Part shown: one piece after another, positions 49,062 to 61,228 of the stretch
How the letters are laid out: each line of letters starts with the position of its first letter
Numbering within the stretch: the stretch's first letter is position 1
Assembly (NCBI GenBank): GCA_051294905.1
Contig: CM119372.1
Location: forward strand, 29,886,001-29,950,000
DNA from: Botryllus schlosseri
Taxonomy: Eukaryota
DNA length: 64,000 nucleotides
Reading direction: 5' to 3'
The notes under the pieces: generated by a model
Told to the model about the DNA's origin: nothing
Database searches by the model: none
Seen by the model: the letters and a program-made list of their open reading frames with translations, nothing else
Translations under genes and position numbers: made by a program

Positions 49062-49571
49062 TTACCAATTCAGTCGTTTATCCATAGCATACATATTTCG
49101 TGAAAAGCCGGCAATAGTTCTGCTAGTAATGTTCCAATCTTCGTCAACATTAGCTATAGCCAACACATATCGTAGAAATACATACAAATAATATGCAGGA
49201 CTTTCTCCAAAGTTTTCTTCCACAATGCGCTCCAGTACCTTTCTGGCGCATTCCAATTGTTCCACCACCTCATGGTCCCGATATAACCAAACAAGGAAAT
49301 CCTTCAATACGTATTCCATGTCATTGGCTGTCATAGTCGGAAAGTTCTCTATCCTTTCTTTTATTCGTTCATGTACAACTCCCATCCTTAGCCAGGCAAC
49401 TCTGCTGTCAGGTATTGTAGGATATGGACACGGTCTGAACTTTTTCCGATTCAATTTTTTCTTCTGTGGGTCTTTGGGCACATATTCGTACTTTTCATAA
49501 TTGACTTCCAACATGTCACGATTAAAGGTCAAATAAATTCTTAATATCTTATACAAAAAACCGAACATCAT
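49062..49571 (-). CDS. hypothetical protein with basic NLS-like patch
   Basis: Long ORF in the compact co-oriented block; KKKLNRKKFRPCPYP; start may be the ATG at 49514. Confidence 0.6.
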   Translation of the reverse strand: MMFGFLYKILRIYLTFNRDMLEVNYEKYEYVPKDPQKKKLNRKKFRPCPYPTIPDSRVAWLRMGVVHERIKERIENFPTMTANDMEYVLKDFLVWLYRDHEVVEQLECARKVLERIVEENFGESPAYYLYVFLRYVLAIANVDEDWNITSRTIAGFSRNMYAMDKRLNW

Positions 49572-49765
49572 TAAACATTTATCGAGCCTTAATTAGCAAA
49601 CCAACATAATTACATAAATAAAAGTTTTAATTTTAGTTATTATATTAGACATAGTACATGGTTTTTTAAAATCACGAAATACTTTATATGTTTAATTGAT
49701 ATAGTGGAAAATTTGATGCAGTACATGTATCATTTCAGTTAATCATCTTTCAAACATTCTTTTAT

Positions 49766-50134
49766 CTATTGTTCTGAAAAATTCTCCTTCATGGGATGCA
49801 TACGAACAATATGTTGGTACCAAAGAAATTTGGCTTCCTTATAGTTTCCCAATGTAATAATTGCAATCCGATTATGTTCTTTAATAGCGGCATGATAACC
49901 CAGAGCCTTGCCTTGCGGAGACAAAGCACTTCCGTAAACTTTGTCAACATACAGCGTCAGCATTTTGACAATGTCATTGGGTCTTGTCATAGCCCATCTT
50001 TGCCATCTGTCGGAAATTTCCACATCTTCTTCATAGTATTTACAGAACATGTCAAAATAATATTTCAAGTCGCACACTGCAGATTCATGTCCCATTTGCA
50101 ATAATTCCTGGTTACTTATGGTTCTTCGAGACAT
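49766..50134 (-). CDS. orphan family B protein
   Basis: Paralog of 33895-34278. Confidence 0.7.
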   Translation of the reverse strand: MSRRTISNQELLQMGHESAVCDLKYYFDMFCKYYEEDVEISDRWQRWAMTRPNDIVKMLTLYVDKVYGSALSPQGKALGYHAAIKEHNRIAIITLGNYKEAKFLWYQHIVRMHPMKENFSEQ

Positions 50135-50139
50135 TCCTC

Positions 50140-50595
50140 TTAATCGTGCAGTATAACAATTTTGGAAAAAGCGTCTTCTAAAATTGAAATAGCAACAGTT
50201 TCAAATTCTCGAACATTTAAAAGCAGTGTAGTAGTATCTTGTAATTCCATTTGTGGTAATCTTTCATCCAAAAATTCTTCTGGTAAATATTTATGAGCTG
50301 GGTGTAGTTTAAGGACAAGCCCAAACCATGTATATTGAGCCAGATCAAAGTCTTTCGTAACAAAAACGCGAGCAATATCACTATGGGCGTTATAAGCCTT
50401 ATCCAAAAGTTTATCGGTAACATTTTCAAAACATTGTTGAAGGTATTTCTTTATCAATTGTTTGAATTTTTCCTTCGGGGTATTTTTCCACATATCAAAA
50501 TTCCTGTGGTGATATTCCTGTTCGAACTCATCATAGTATTCATTAATTTGTTGCTTAGCTAGCGTAATTTCCCAATTTTCCAATACACTATTCAT
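50140..50595 (-). CDS. orphan family B protein
   Basis: Paralog of 34482-34877; ATG at 50595. Confidence 0.7.
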   Translation of the reverse strand: MNSVLENWEITLAKQQINEYYDEFEQEYHHRNFDMWKNTPKEKFKQLIKKYLQQCFENVTDKLLDKAYNAHSDIARVFVTKDFDLAQYTWFGLVLKLHPAHKYLPEEFLDERLPQMELQDTTTLLLNVREFETVAISILEDAFSKIVILHD

Positions 50596-50743
50596 CTTAA
50601 AATAGAGTCGAATCACTATTAAATTATATGTTCAATTCTATAAGTAATTGATTCATATGCACAAAGCTAACTAGTAACATTATGTATTATCCATATGCAT
50701 CAAGAGCATTCATGCCACAAATATAATAGTCCTGCCTGCTCCA

Positions 50744-51351
50744 TCAAGCTCTATACACCTTTATCTTTTCAAGTATTGTTTCACCACAAATGGTGCATCT
50801 TTCAGAATTTGTTGCACATCTTTCACAACTACATAAATGTCCACAAGGTATGAAAGTAATTTCACTTTTGTTTTTCTTGCAATTTTTGCAAAGCACAGCC
50901 TCTTGTATTTCTTTCAAATTTTGCGCAATCTCATCCACCGACATTGCTTCGGCAACAGCTGCTTCGTTCGTTTCTTTATCGGTGTTCACTTCATGGTTAT
51001 TTTCAGATATACTAGTGACTTGTTGTTGTGTTGTTTTCATTGGACTGGTGGAAATTGTATCCACTGTCATCAATAAATCTTGAACAATGTCGCCAGTAGA
51101 GAAATGATCATTAGTCCGTCTACTTATAGTTCTTTCTATTTGATCTCTCGTGAATCCCATGTCTTCCAATTGCATCCTGTTTATGTATTGTCCGGACAAC
51201 CTTGTTTGATTCTGATTCCGACGTATTTCTTCTCGTGGTACATCAAGACATATTACATTCCTTAGCGATGGTCGATTGAGATTGGGATGTTCATCTCTTA
51301 GTCGTAAAACGAAGTCAATACCTTTCATTTGCAAAACATATTCACAACCAG
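50744..51351 (-). pseudogene. iap: IAP 3' part: end of BIR3, UBA-like segment, C-terminal RING
   Basis: GCEYVLQMKGIDFV; LEDMGF; CKNC...FIPCGHLCSCERC...CTIC. Confidence 0.9.
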
Positions 51352-51356
51352 GAAAC

Positions 51357-51613
51357 TGTTATGTTCTTGATCTTGTTTGAACAATAACTCAATACGACGA
51401 GGTTGCAATATGAAATCAGTATATATTAACAGCAGAATAACTTTAGGCAGCGACACGATCCAGAGTGCAGTTAAATGAAAAGACCACGAGACAACAGAAC
51501 ACAGGATATAAATACAAGCACGACACACGAGGAAATAATGATTGGCTGTAATTACTAATCCTATAGAAAGAAAGAGTGGTACGACACTAAAACGTAAATG
51601 CACGAACATAACA
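51357..51613 (-). repeat. 3' LTR
   Basis: Two mismatches seen versus 59239-59495. Confidence 0.95.
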
Positions 51614-51647
51614 GTCCTCCCCTATAAGTTGAGAGGGTTGCCCACAT

Positions 51648-54600
51648 TTACTTAGGTCTGTAGAAATCGGTTTGCTTTCTGTTCCTAAGAGGATAACGTC
51701 TACCCGACGTACGGGCAGGACTAGCTGCAGGACCTTGTGCCCTGTTCCTAACCAATGGTTGCTCAGCTTGTGACTGTTGAGGCTGAGCAACTTCCTGTGT
51801 GGCTGTATTATTGCCAGCTGAAATCAAGCGTGGTTGGAGTTGGTTTTTGTGCCTCCTCCAAAACCCATGATCTGTTTTTATGATGTACACAACACGACCC
51901 AGTATTTCCGTCACCACGCCAGCAACCCACTTAGGTCCGCTTCGGTAACTGCGAGCGTAAACCGAGGAACCAATCTCAAAATGAGTGACTGATTGTCCAG
52001 GCGTAACGGGTTTCGATTTGTCGAAGGGCGAGCACAAACTCAACAAATTGCGCGGCTGTCGACCATGTAAAATCTCGACAGGCGTTTTCCAGTCTATGCC
52101 CGGGTGCGGTGCACATCGGTACGTAGCGAGAAGTGTTTGGAGCGCGAAGTTGAGATCTTTTCCCCCGTCGCAATTTTTTATTAATCCAGCTTTTAAAGTC
52201 TGGACGAAACGCTCCGCTTCCCCGTTCGAGGCAGGGTGAAAAGACGGTGATACCATATGGCTGATTGCCAAATTAGAGCAAAACGTATCGAATTCATTCG
52301 ATGTGAATTGCGGCCCGCCATCCGTGACAATTGTTACGGGTAAGCCTTCAATAGAGAAGACATCCCGCAAAGCGTTGACTACACACAAGGTTGTGGTAGA
52401 TCCGACATTCATTACTTTAACGAAAGGATATTTCGAATGCGCATCGACGATGACAAGAAACATTTTATTGTTTATTGGACCTGCGAAGTCCAAGTGAATT
52501 CGATCAAAGCTTTCGGAAGTTTTAGGCCATTCGCGATACTGACGATCAGGCGCTTTCATTACTTTGCGGCAAGCGTCGCAACTCTTCACGAGATTTTCAA
52601 TGTCGCGATTAATGGAAGGCCATGCGATGTAACGTCGAGCCATCTGCTTCATTTTCGCGATACCCCAATGTCCTTCGTGCAACAATGATAAGACTCGCGA
52701 GCGAAGTGACTGCGGAATTACTACGCGCTGAACACCATCAATATTGAGCATGACTATGTCTTCGTGCAGAGAAAGCGAATGTTTGCGAGTCGAAAACCAA
52801 GAAAAATCATCAATGTGCGTCTTTGGATTCCAATTACCATGAGTGACAGATAATTTTACTAGTTTCATGGTTTGGTCCTTCAGCGTCGCGTCGCGAATTT
52901 CATTGCGAGTTAACGGTAAGCCATCGAATGCCATATTAATAGCGTGAACGATCTCCGCGTTTTCACGAATTTCCAGTTCGTCAAACTCAGGGTCTGGACC
53001 CTTCGGTAGGCGAGATAAACCGTCGGCGTTTCCGTGCTGATTAGTCGGTTTATAGCGAATATCGTATTGGTAAGCCATGAGCGTTAGTGCCCATCGCTGT
53101 AAGCGTTGCGCTGTAATCACGGGAATTTTCGTGTCTGGCGAGAAAATAGCTAAAAGCGGTTTGTGGTCCGTTACGAGCGTAAATTTTCTACCATACAAGA
53201 ATTGACGAAATTTAGTGACTCCGTAAATGATTGACAGAGCTTCCTTCTCGATTTGAGAGTAGGATTTTTGCGAATCTGAAAGGGTTTTCGATGCGTGCGC
53301 GATCGGTCTCTCTTCGCCATTGTGCTCGATTGAGAGGACAGCGCCGATTCCGAATTGAGAAGCATCAGTTGACAAAATGAGCTGCTTGTTTACATCATAA
53401 TGAGCTAACTGCGTAGCGTCGATTACGTCGTTTTTGAGAATGCGAAAAGCTGCGTCACAGTCCGTATTCCAAATGAATTTCGCGTCTTTTTGAAGAAAAC
53501 GGTACAAGGCAGCGGCTTTATTCGTAAAATTAGGAATAAACGCGCGATAATAATTGACTTTGCCCAGGAATGCCTGTAGCTGGCGAACATCCTGAGGTTT
53601 AGGCAACTGTTTGATTGCGTCAACGGATTTCTGAGACGGGCGTTTGCCGTCCTTGTCGATTATATGACCAAGGTACTCGATACTACTTTTGAAAAATTCA
53701 CATTTAGCGAAGTTGACGGTGAAACCGTATTCGGTGAGGCGCTCAAAGAGTAGCGATAAGTTGCGAAAATGATCGCGTTCATCAATGCCAGTAACGATTA
53801 TGTCATCGATAAAACTAGCAACACCGGGTAAGCCGGCGATCATGGCATCAATACAGCGTTGAAAATTTGCGGGACTAGATGCGACTCCGAAACACATGCG
53901 TCGATAACGGAATAGACCGAATTGCGTGTTGATGACACACAAATTCTTCGCATCATCATCTAATTCTAGCTGAAAATAAGCATCGGCAAGATCAATTTTC
54001 GTGAAAATACAACCACCCTGTAACTTGTGAAGAATTTCATCCAAGGAGGGCAGGGGATGTTGATCTATCTGAATTTGTTGATTCAATGCTTTGAAGTCAC
54101 CACAAATGCGTATTGATCCATTTGATTTAGTGACGGCAACAATTGGTGCTGCCCAATCACTGTAATTGATTGGTTCGAGGATACCTTGATTGACTAATCT
54201 ATCCAATTCGGTTTGAACAGCGATTTGCCTTGCGAAAGGCAAAGGGCGTGGCTTGTTGAATACGGGCTTGGCATTAGGTTTCAAGTGAATTGTCACCTTT
54301 GTCTTAGTGCATCGTCCAAATACATTAGAGAAAACAGTGCATCGTCCAAATACATTAGAGAAAACGGAGGGAAATTTGGACTGAAAAGATACCAATTTGT
54401 CGTTCGAATCAGAAATGTCAATAGTATTACATGATTGCGATTTGACCATCTGCGAGGAAATTGCATCCAAAGCAGAAGTTCCCTTAGTGGTCATGGAGAA
54501 AGCATCGCTCCAATCGAGACCAAAAATGTTTTGCCCACGGTGTTCGTCGAGAACCACCAATTTTAAGCCAACTCGAACTTCAGAACCCACCTGCACGCTT

Positions 54601-54896
54601 ACAGTGCAAATACCTTTCACTTTCAGTGGCTTGTCGCCATACGCTACGAAAGAGCAATGGTATGCTGAGAGTTTCGGAGAGCCCAAAGTTTTGTACCCAG
54701 TCAATCCCACCATGGCGGAGGGTGCACCAGTGTCCCACTGTGTCGGCAACGGAAGGCCGTTGATGCTGGAGTTGATCCAGAGCTGGTTTCCTACGTGTCG
54801 ATATAGTTGATCGATGTCGAAGGAGAGGAGTGGCACTGAGCAGAAATTGACTGATGTGACCTGTTGCGTGATACTAGGTTTGGTAGACATGCACAC
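51648..54896 (-). CDS. pol: Gypsy pol: protease, RT, RNase H, integrase
   Basis: WDTGA; IDLADAY, FIDD; TDAS; HEGH..CDAC; HLDF, VTDGGPQF, NGEAERFV. Confidence 0.96.
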   Translation of the reverse strand: MCMSTKPSITQQVTSVNFCSVPLLSFDIDQLYRHVGNQLWINSSINGLPLPTQWDTGAPSAMVGLTGYKTLGSPKLSAYHCSFVAYGDKPLKVKGICTVSVQVGSEVRVGLKLVVLDEHRGQNIFGLDWSDAFSMTTKGTSALDAISSQMVKSQSCNTIDISDSNDKLVSFQSKFPSVFSNVFGRCTVFSNVFGRCTKTKVTIHLKPNAKPVFNKPRPLPFARQIAVQTELDRLVNQGILEPINYSDWAAPIVAVTKSNGSIRICGDFKALNQQIQIDQHPLPSLDEILHKLQGGCIFTKIDLADAYFQLELDDDAKNLCVINTQFGLFRYRRMCFGVASSPANFQRCIDAMIAGLPGVASFIDDIIVTGIDERDHFRNLSLLFERLTEYGFTVNFAKCEFFKSSIEYLGHIIDKDGKRPSQKSVDAIKQLPKPQDVRQLQAFLGKVNYYRAFIPNFTNKAAALYRFLQKDAKFIWNTDCDAAFRILKNDVIDATQLAHYDVNKQLILSTDASQFGIGAVLSIEHNGEERPIAHASKTLSDSQKSYSQIEKEALSIIYGVTKFRQFLYGRKFTLVTDHKPLLAIFSPDTKIPVITAQRLQRWALTLMAYQYDIRYKPTNQHGNADGLSRLPKGPDPEFDELEIRENAEIVHAINMAFDGLPLTRNEIRDATLKDQTMKLVKLSVTHGNWNPKTHIDDFSWFSTRKHSLSLHEDIVMLNIDGVQRVVIPQSLRSRVLSLLHEGHWGIAKMKQMARRYIAWPSINRDIENLVKSCDACRKVMKAPDRQYREWPKTSESFDRIHLDFAGPINNKMFLVIVDAHSKYPFVKVMNVGSTTTLCVVNALRDVFSIEGLPVTIVTDGGPQFTSNEFDTFCSNLAISHMVSPSFHPASNGEAERFVQTLKAGLIKNCDGGKDLNFALQTLLATYRCAPHPGIDWKTPVEILHGRQPRNLLSLCSPFDKSKPVTPGQSVTHFEIGSSVYARSYRSGPKWVAGVVTEILGRVVYIIKTDHGFWRRHKNQLQPRLISAGNNTATQEVAQPQQSQAEQPLVRNRAQGPAASPARTSGRRYPLRNRKQTDFYRPK

Positions 54897-54994
54897 AGGT
54901 TTGATATGACCTTTGCGACCACATTTCTGACATACTGCATGTCGATATTGACAGTCTTTTCTCTGGTGATCGATGAAACAGCGGCTGCAGGATT

Positions 54995-55245
54995 TCAGTC
55001 TTTCCTGGAAGTTGCCTTGGTTGGATTTGGAAGGTTTTTTCCCTTCTGATAACTTCCCGTCATTTTGTTGACGACGGAAGTGTCTTTACCGCTACTCTCG
55101 CCTTGGATAACTCTATCAGTTTCCAGCGTTCTCACGTATGTTGCGGCTACTTTGAGAACGTCGTCGAGGGATGGATTGGTTTGTGTTAGACAATGCCGTC
55201 TCACATCCGCGTGCTGCGTTTCTTTAATGATGAGATCGCGCATTA
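54995..55245 (-). pseudogene. gag: Gypsy gag, 3' part
   Basis: Continues VDELM|RDLII across the LINE; the CCHC knuckles follow in the pol frame after a frameshift near 55030. Confidence 0.8.
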
Positions 55246-55417
55246 TGAAAACCTAACTAAACTGAGAAGAGATCTCTTCTTCCAAGCACGAAAGCTCCAG
55301 AAGAGCATGGATTACCAGTACATATGGACCGCTGATGGAAATATTTTCATCAAGAAGGATAACGACTCAAACAGGATACATATTCGATCCTCGAAAGACC
55401 TATCCAAGATCATATAG
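55246..55417 (+). pseudogene. LINE ORF1 C-terminal fragment
   Basis: ENLTKLRRDLF...YQYIWTADGNIFIKK, typical of CR1-type ORF1 C-termini. Confidence 0.7.
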
Positions 55418-55468
55418 GCTAGCCTAAGATGGGAACATGCCTCATGATAACAAATCAAATTTGATGCA

Positions 55469-58420
55469 ATGACCCACAATATCTGTCAAGTACATGACTG
55501 TATTAGTGTTGCACCGGGAGATCCAGCTTTGGTACCAAAATCTAGAGGATTTCTTTTTGCCCATATAAATACGAGGTCATTACCAGCACACCTGGAAGAT
55601 ATCTCTGCTCTCTTCAAAACATGCAACTGTTCCCCAACGTTCATCGGCATCTCTGAAACGAAGCTGAAGAACAATTATCAAGTAAATGTTAATCTCCCTG
55701 GATATAACTTCCTACACTGCCCTTCAAAAACTAACGCAGGTGGAGTTGGTCTATATGTTAAAGAAAATCTATCGTGTCAAGAAGTACATGAGCTAAACTG
55801 CTATACAGATGGCGTCGAAAGTATTTTTGTCAGAATTGCAACACGGAATCAAAAGCCCATTATCATCGGAGTAATATATAAACATCCCGGAACTAAACAA
55901 GAAACCTTCATGGAAGAATTCTCTAAAACCTTGGACAGCTTAACCGACTCTAATAACCAATTCCTTATAATGGGAGATTTCAATATTGACCTCCTACAGA
56001 ACACAAGTTTCACCACAAAATATTCTGATATGCTTGAGTCGTACGGGGTGGTCCAGATGGCTACCAAACCAACCAGAGTGACTGACCATTCCAGTACTCT
56101 CCTGGACCACATGTATACCAACATAAGTAAATATAGACTTGCTCCATTTGTCATTGAGCACTGTATGACTGACCATTATCCTATTATGTGTCATGTCAAT
56201 CAAATTTTACCTGTTACTACTAGTATTTTTGAATGCAGAATCCCGCTGAATCCTCAGGGGATTGACGACTTCATTGAAAACATTGGAGACGCTTTCAAGG
56301 ATTATCAACTTGAGCCACTCACTAGCGAAAACTTTGACTCCCAATTTGACAAGTTTATTCTTGACATAAGTCAAGCCATTGACAAAGAATTTCCTATCCG
56401 CAAAGTCAATCGGAACGCCCGACGCCTAAAATCTAAGCCCTGGATCAGTCGAGAAATTCTGGCAGCCATCAAAACAAGAGATTGGATACATAAAAGATAT
56501 TATATTAACGGAACTGAAGATGAGAAAAAGATCTTCAAACGATATGCCAACAAGGTAACAAAAATGAAAGAAAAGGCCAAAAGAGCATTCTACATGAACC
56601 GGTTCGAGCAGAGTTCCAAGGATCAAAAGCAAACCTGGAGAACCATTCGTGAAATTGTGAACGCTTCCAATAACAAAAACGAAGCACAATTGCAGAACAT
56701 TGAAATAGCATGTGGCAATACGGTCATCAAAGATCCTGATGTTGTAGCAGAAAAGTTCAACCATCACTTTTGCCAGATTGGTTCAGAGCTAGCATCTTCT
56801 ATACCTCAAAGCCCGCATGATATCCTATCATTCATGAAGCCTCGCTCCATGAATTCCATCTTTATGGAGCCGACCGACGTAGGAGAGGTAGCAACGATAT
56901 TATCTGGAATGAAGGACACAAAAGCAGTAGGACCTGACTCAATACCAATCTACTTCATAAAACTAGTATTTAATATTATAGGAGATACAATTTGTACGTT
57001 GTTCAATGGCTCCATGAACTTGGGTATTTTTCCTAGTGCTCTAAAAACTGCCAGGGTTATTCCAGTTCATAAAAAAGGCTGCAAAAATTCAATGTCTAAT
57101 TACCGTCCCATTTCAATTCTGTCAAACCTTTCCACTCTATATGAGAAATTGCTAGATTAAAGGCTCAAGAAATTTTTTGAATTGCAATCGGTATTCACTC
57201 CATCCCAATTTGGCTTTAGATCGGGTCATAACAATAACCATGCCACCCTATCAATTGTGACAAATTACTACAAAATTATTAAAGATAAAAGAGTTGGCTG
57301 TAGTATCTTTATTGATCTTCGGAAAGCTTTTGATACTGTGAACCACGAGATACTGCTACGAAAACTAGAGCATTATGGAATTAGAGGGATTGCCAAGTCG
57401 CTGCTCACGAACTACCTTGCAAACCGTAAGCAGTTTGTGAAACTGGGTCTGGCAAAATCGGTAGAAATGGATGTAAAGTGTGGAGTGCCTCAGGGCTCAG
57501 TTTTAGGACCGACCCTATTTTTGATCTACATCAATGACATTATCAACTGTTCCTCCTTTTATACTACACTGTTTGCCGATGATACCCATCTTTTTCTTTC
57601 ATCCGATACTATAAGCAACCTACAAAGTTCTGTGCAGAGTGAACTTACAAAAGTCTCTCAATGGCTTGCTGCTAACAAACTAAGTTTAAATACCGATAAA
57701 ACTGTGATGATGCTCTTTAATACTGCTTCTGATAACCTTACTGTGAATCTAGATAATAACTGTATCTCACTGTGTGACTCAGCAAAATATCTTGGAATCA
57801 TCATTGACTCTAAATTGTCATGGAAACCGCATATTGCTCATACCATAACACAGCTTTCTAGATGTGTAGGTGTAATGACAAAACTCAAGCACATAGTTCC
57901 TAGATCTGTGCTTAGGACAATTTCCTTTTCGCTTTTTTACTCGTATCTACAGTATGGCATAATTGTATGGGGGAATGCTTGTACTTCACATTGTTCTAAA
58001 ATTCGTACCCTGCAAAACCGAGCCATGCGTTTGATGGCTGGCTTGCCCCAACGAACAAGATTATCCCAGTACTACCGCAAATACAAAATTCTAAAATTTG
58101 ACGATATTTTTACATTTGAAGTAGCTAAATTTATGCATCAATATTTTTCAAATGAATTGCCTCCTGTGTTTAATGATTTCTTCGCCCTTGCTCAAACTGT
58201 TCACTCACATAATACCAGATTTTCTTCCAAGGTAACATCTATTTTCATCGACCCACAAGTAACCTCACAAAGAAATCGATCGACTATGCCGGTCCTGTCA
58301 TATGGAATGCTATACCCTCATCAATACGGGACCTCCCATACCACTCCTTCAAAAAGGAATTATTCAGTCACCTCATCTCCCGTTACCAATGATCCGCTTG
58401 TCTCACACCAATTTTTTTAG
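55469..58420 (+). pseudogene. LINE ORF2: AP endonuclease and reverse transcriptase
   Basis: ISET, MGDFNID, LLDH, TDHYP; NYRPIS, QFGFR, IDLRKAFD, GVPQGSVLGP, FADD, KYLG; in-frame stop at 57158-57160; probable frameshift near 58270. Confidence 0.95.
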
Positions 58421-58655
58421 TTTCTTCAGTATTTTATTTTTATGCTGAGCTGAATTGATTGATCCCAACCAATGCATCCAAATTTATGACACGATATCTG
58501 TATTTGTTAATGCAGGGTGTGATCAGACTAGTTGACCCTACCCAGAGTCATATCGGTCACACCCTGTCCTATACCGTTAAGTTCATTTATTGTTGTTTCA
58601 TGTGCCAATGATGTTTTCTTTACGGTTGGACAAATCAATAAATATCTCTCTCTCT

Positions 58656-59237
58656 CATTAGCTCATCAACGTAGCTCTGATCACAGCCATCTCTTGAGCA
58701 TATGAAGTTGCAATCCTTGGAGATTCCGCGTAGAGTAGCGATCCAATCGGCGTATGACTGTCCCGGCTGCATTTTGCAATTGTAAAATTCGTACCTGGCA
58801 GCTTGCACATGAATGTAGTCTTTGATGTGTGTAGACAACTTCTCAGTCAACGCGTCGAAGGATTGTGCACTGACATCAGCAGCACCAAACAAATTACGTA
58901 GGAGCGAGTACGTTTCAGGTCCGACCCATGAGAGTAGACACGCTCTTTTCTTCTCCATGTTTGATATGCCGTAAATTGCAAGGTGATGGTTGCATCGTTG
59001 CAGATATTGGTCCCATTTCTCCTTTGATTTTACGAACGAATCAAACTTGGGAGCGGTAGCTTCAGATGTTGATGCACAGGGATTCAATCTCTGCGTTAAT
59101 TGCGCCATTTCTTCTTTGTGCTGAGCATTTTGTTGCTTCATGTCTTCTTTGTGCTGCTTCTCAAGAATTTTTAAAATACCCGATTCCATGATATATATTC
59201 GTCGCAGACAAACTTTGAATCCGACTTCTGACACCAA
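58656..59237 (-). pseudogene. gag: Gypsy gag, 5' part
   Basis: WDQYLQR, LLSWVGPETY, ARYEFY..KMQPGQSY; interrupted by the LINE. Confidence 0.85.
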
Positions 59238-59238
59238 T

Positions 59239-59495
59239 TGTTATGTTCTTGATCTTGTTTGAACAATAACTCAATACGACGAGGTTGCAATATGAAATCA
59301 GTATATATTAACAGCAGAATAACTTTAGGCAGCGACACGACCCAGAGTGCAGTTAAATGAAAAGACCACGAGACAACAGAACACAGGATATAAATACAAG
59401 CACGACACACGAGGAAATAATGATTGGCTGTAATTACTAATCCTATAGAAAGAAAGAGTTGTACGACACTAAAACGTAAATGCACGAACATAACA
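59239..59495 (-). repeat. 5' LTR
   Basis: Adjacent to the PBS; near-identical to 51357-51613. Confidence 0.95.
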
Positions 59496-60639
59496 GAAAC
59501 CACTTTGCATGCTCCGTCCACGGCTCATCATTGTAGTCCCAGTTTTGTAATCCTCCATTGCAATAAAAGCATTTCGTTCTGTCCGAATCCCCGAGATAGT
59601 ACAGACCAGCTTTAGCCAACTGTTCCGCTGTTGCTAGGATCCTTTTCCTAGGCCATTTATCATTAAATGAAGATATTCTTTGTTGTAACGATATCATATG
59701 CAAATTCATCGGGTAAAGACAAGGGAATCTTTCCATCAACTGGAGTTGTTCTTCCGGTGATGGATCCGAAGGTTCTCCCATATTGGCAGTTAGCCTTTCA
59801 ATTTTTATTCTGAGTTCGTTATCCGCCTGGTTTCTCTCGAAGTCTGTCAAAGGTATATTTTCCGCATACTCATTGTTTGCCATTTTACATTTTGTAAAAT
59901 GTCTCTGATGTTGTTCAAAGACATTATCAGTAGGCGCCCATTTTCTCAATACTCCTGAACACGAAAAACATTGTGTTCTATCAAGATTCCCTAGGTAGAA
60001 AAATCCCTGTTTTGCCAACTCCCCTACCAAGTATGGAGTAGGATAAGAAGGCCATTTGTCGAAAGTTTGCCTTCTCCCGAGTTCACTTCTCAGATTTGCA
60101 GTTCGTAATAGAGTCTCATGTTCTTGATCACAGATGTTTGCAAATACGATTTGCGGCAATGGACACTCTTCCTCTTTAATAGTTGTTCTTTGTACGTTCC
60201 GATGGGTTAGTTGTCTACTTGTAGTGAGATTAAGGTGGCACCTGATTTGTTCAAAAAGGAGCCTCCTGGAGCAATTTGAAATGGGTAAGTTGTAACCATG
60301 TTGTCCCGAAATCAAGTCACAAGTAGATTTATGCCACTTATCTTCAAAAACATCATCTCCAATGTCCCATTTTTCCACAGATATGCCACAGCAGCAACAT
60401 CTTACTCTGTCTTGAAATCCTGTCCAATAGAAACCAGCAGCGGCTAGATAACTCGATATCACAGGAGTTTCTTTGGGAAAATGTTTGAACGTTGCAAGTC
60501 TGTAATGTTCAACCCAATGATTTCCAGGTGGGATATAACTGCAGTTATGTCCAGGAGGATCACGATCTCTTTTCATCAGAATGCCCATAGTTTCAAATTG
60601 GTCGCTTCTCGGTGTAATTGCTTTTGATAGAACAGGCAT
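59496..60639 (-). pseudogene. iap: IAP 5' part: BIR1, BIR2, BIR3; intronless
   Basis: Three BIRs (LAAAGFYWTG..DRVRC; LAKQGFFY..DRTQCFSC..HQRH..C; LAKAGLYY..DRTKCFYC..EHAKWF). Confidence 0.95.
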
Positions 60640-60934
60640 TCAATAATACAGACCAGGAAGTTTAAATACAATCATACCAATCTAATATTCTAATATTATT
60701 TGATAAGCAATATGTTCTTAAATGAAAACAAAGATCATTAAAATTTCATGCAACAAAAACATAATGTTATCAATATTTTCAATAGATCACATTTCAATTT
60801 TATACAATCTTAAATTCCTCCCATGTATACCAAATTCTACAAGTTTCACAATTAGCATTGGTTATATACATTCCATAGATTTTGTGTTAAGTTATTGTTT
60901 GATCGTTTATACCTAATAATAATTAATGAAGATT

Positions 60935-61228
60935 TCAGCCAAGAATATAGGAATTTTCCAGATATTGATTCATCGACTGGGTCTTCTTATCTACTTTCTT
61001 CGAGTATATATATATATATGCGTCCATAACAGAGGTATCAGAATCCAATAACATATAACCTTTTATTCCTAGATTGGTTTGGCTGTGCCAAATCCACTTG
61101 CAATTTGCGTCTGTAACATAAGCAAGGCTATTTGCACATATCAACAACCTTGTATAGCCCATTATTACTCCTCGTATTACTTCATATATTACTCTCCTCA
61201 TACATAGGGGGGGGTATTCTTCGGACAA
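60935..61228 (-). CDS. hypothetical protein
   Basis: Co-oriented ORF overlapping the upstream ORF in another frame. Confidence 0.35.
   Translation of the reverse strand: MSEEYPPLCMRRVIYEVIRGVIMGYTRLLICANSLAYVTDANCKWIWHSQTNLGIKGYMLLDSDTSVMDAYIYIYSKKVDKKTQSMNQYLENSYILG

Larger units (their letters stand above)
55246..58655 (+). mobile_element. 5'-truncated CR1/L2-group LINE
   Basis: CATTA duplication at 55241-55245 and 58656-58660; ORF1 tail, APE-RT ORF2, 3' hairpin 58512-58566, AATAAA and (CT)n tail. Confidence 0.93.
51357..59495 (-). mobile_element. full-length Gypsy LTR retrotransposon (Mag/K02A2.6-like), interrupted by a LINE
   Basis: 257-bp LTRs TGTTATG...CATAACA; 5-bp TSD GAAAC (51352-51356, 59496-59500); tRNA-Leu PBS TGGTGTCAGAAGT at 59236-59224; PPT at ~51614-51624. 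Confidence 0.97.

Noticed and set aside
51325..51790. Hydrophobic ORFs over the LTRs (also 59171-59615 and 62673-63054) as env or membrane genes
   Set aside because: They are LTR translations; the frame is not conserved in the diverged copy
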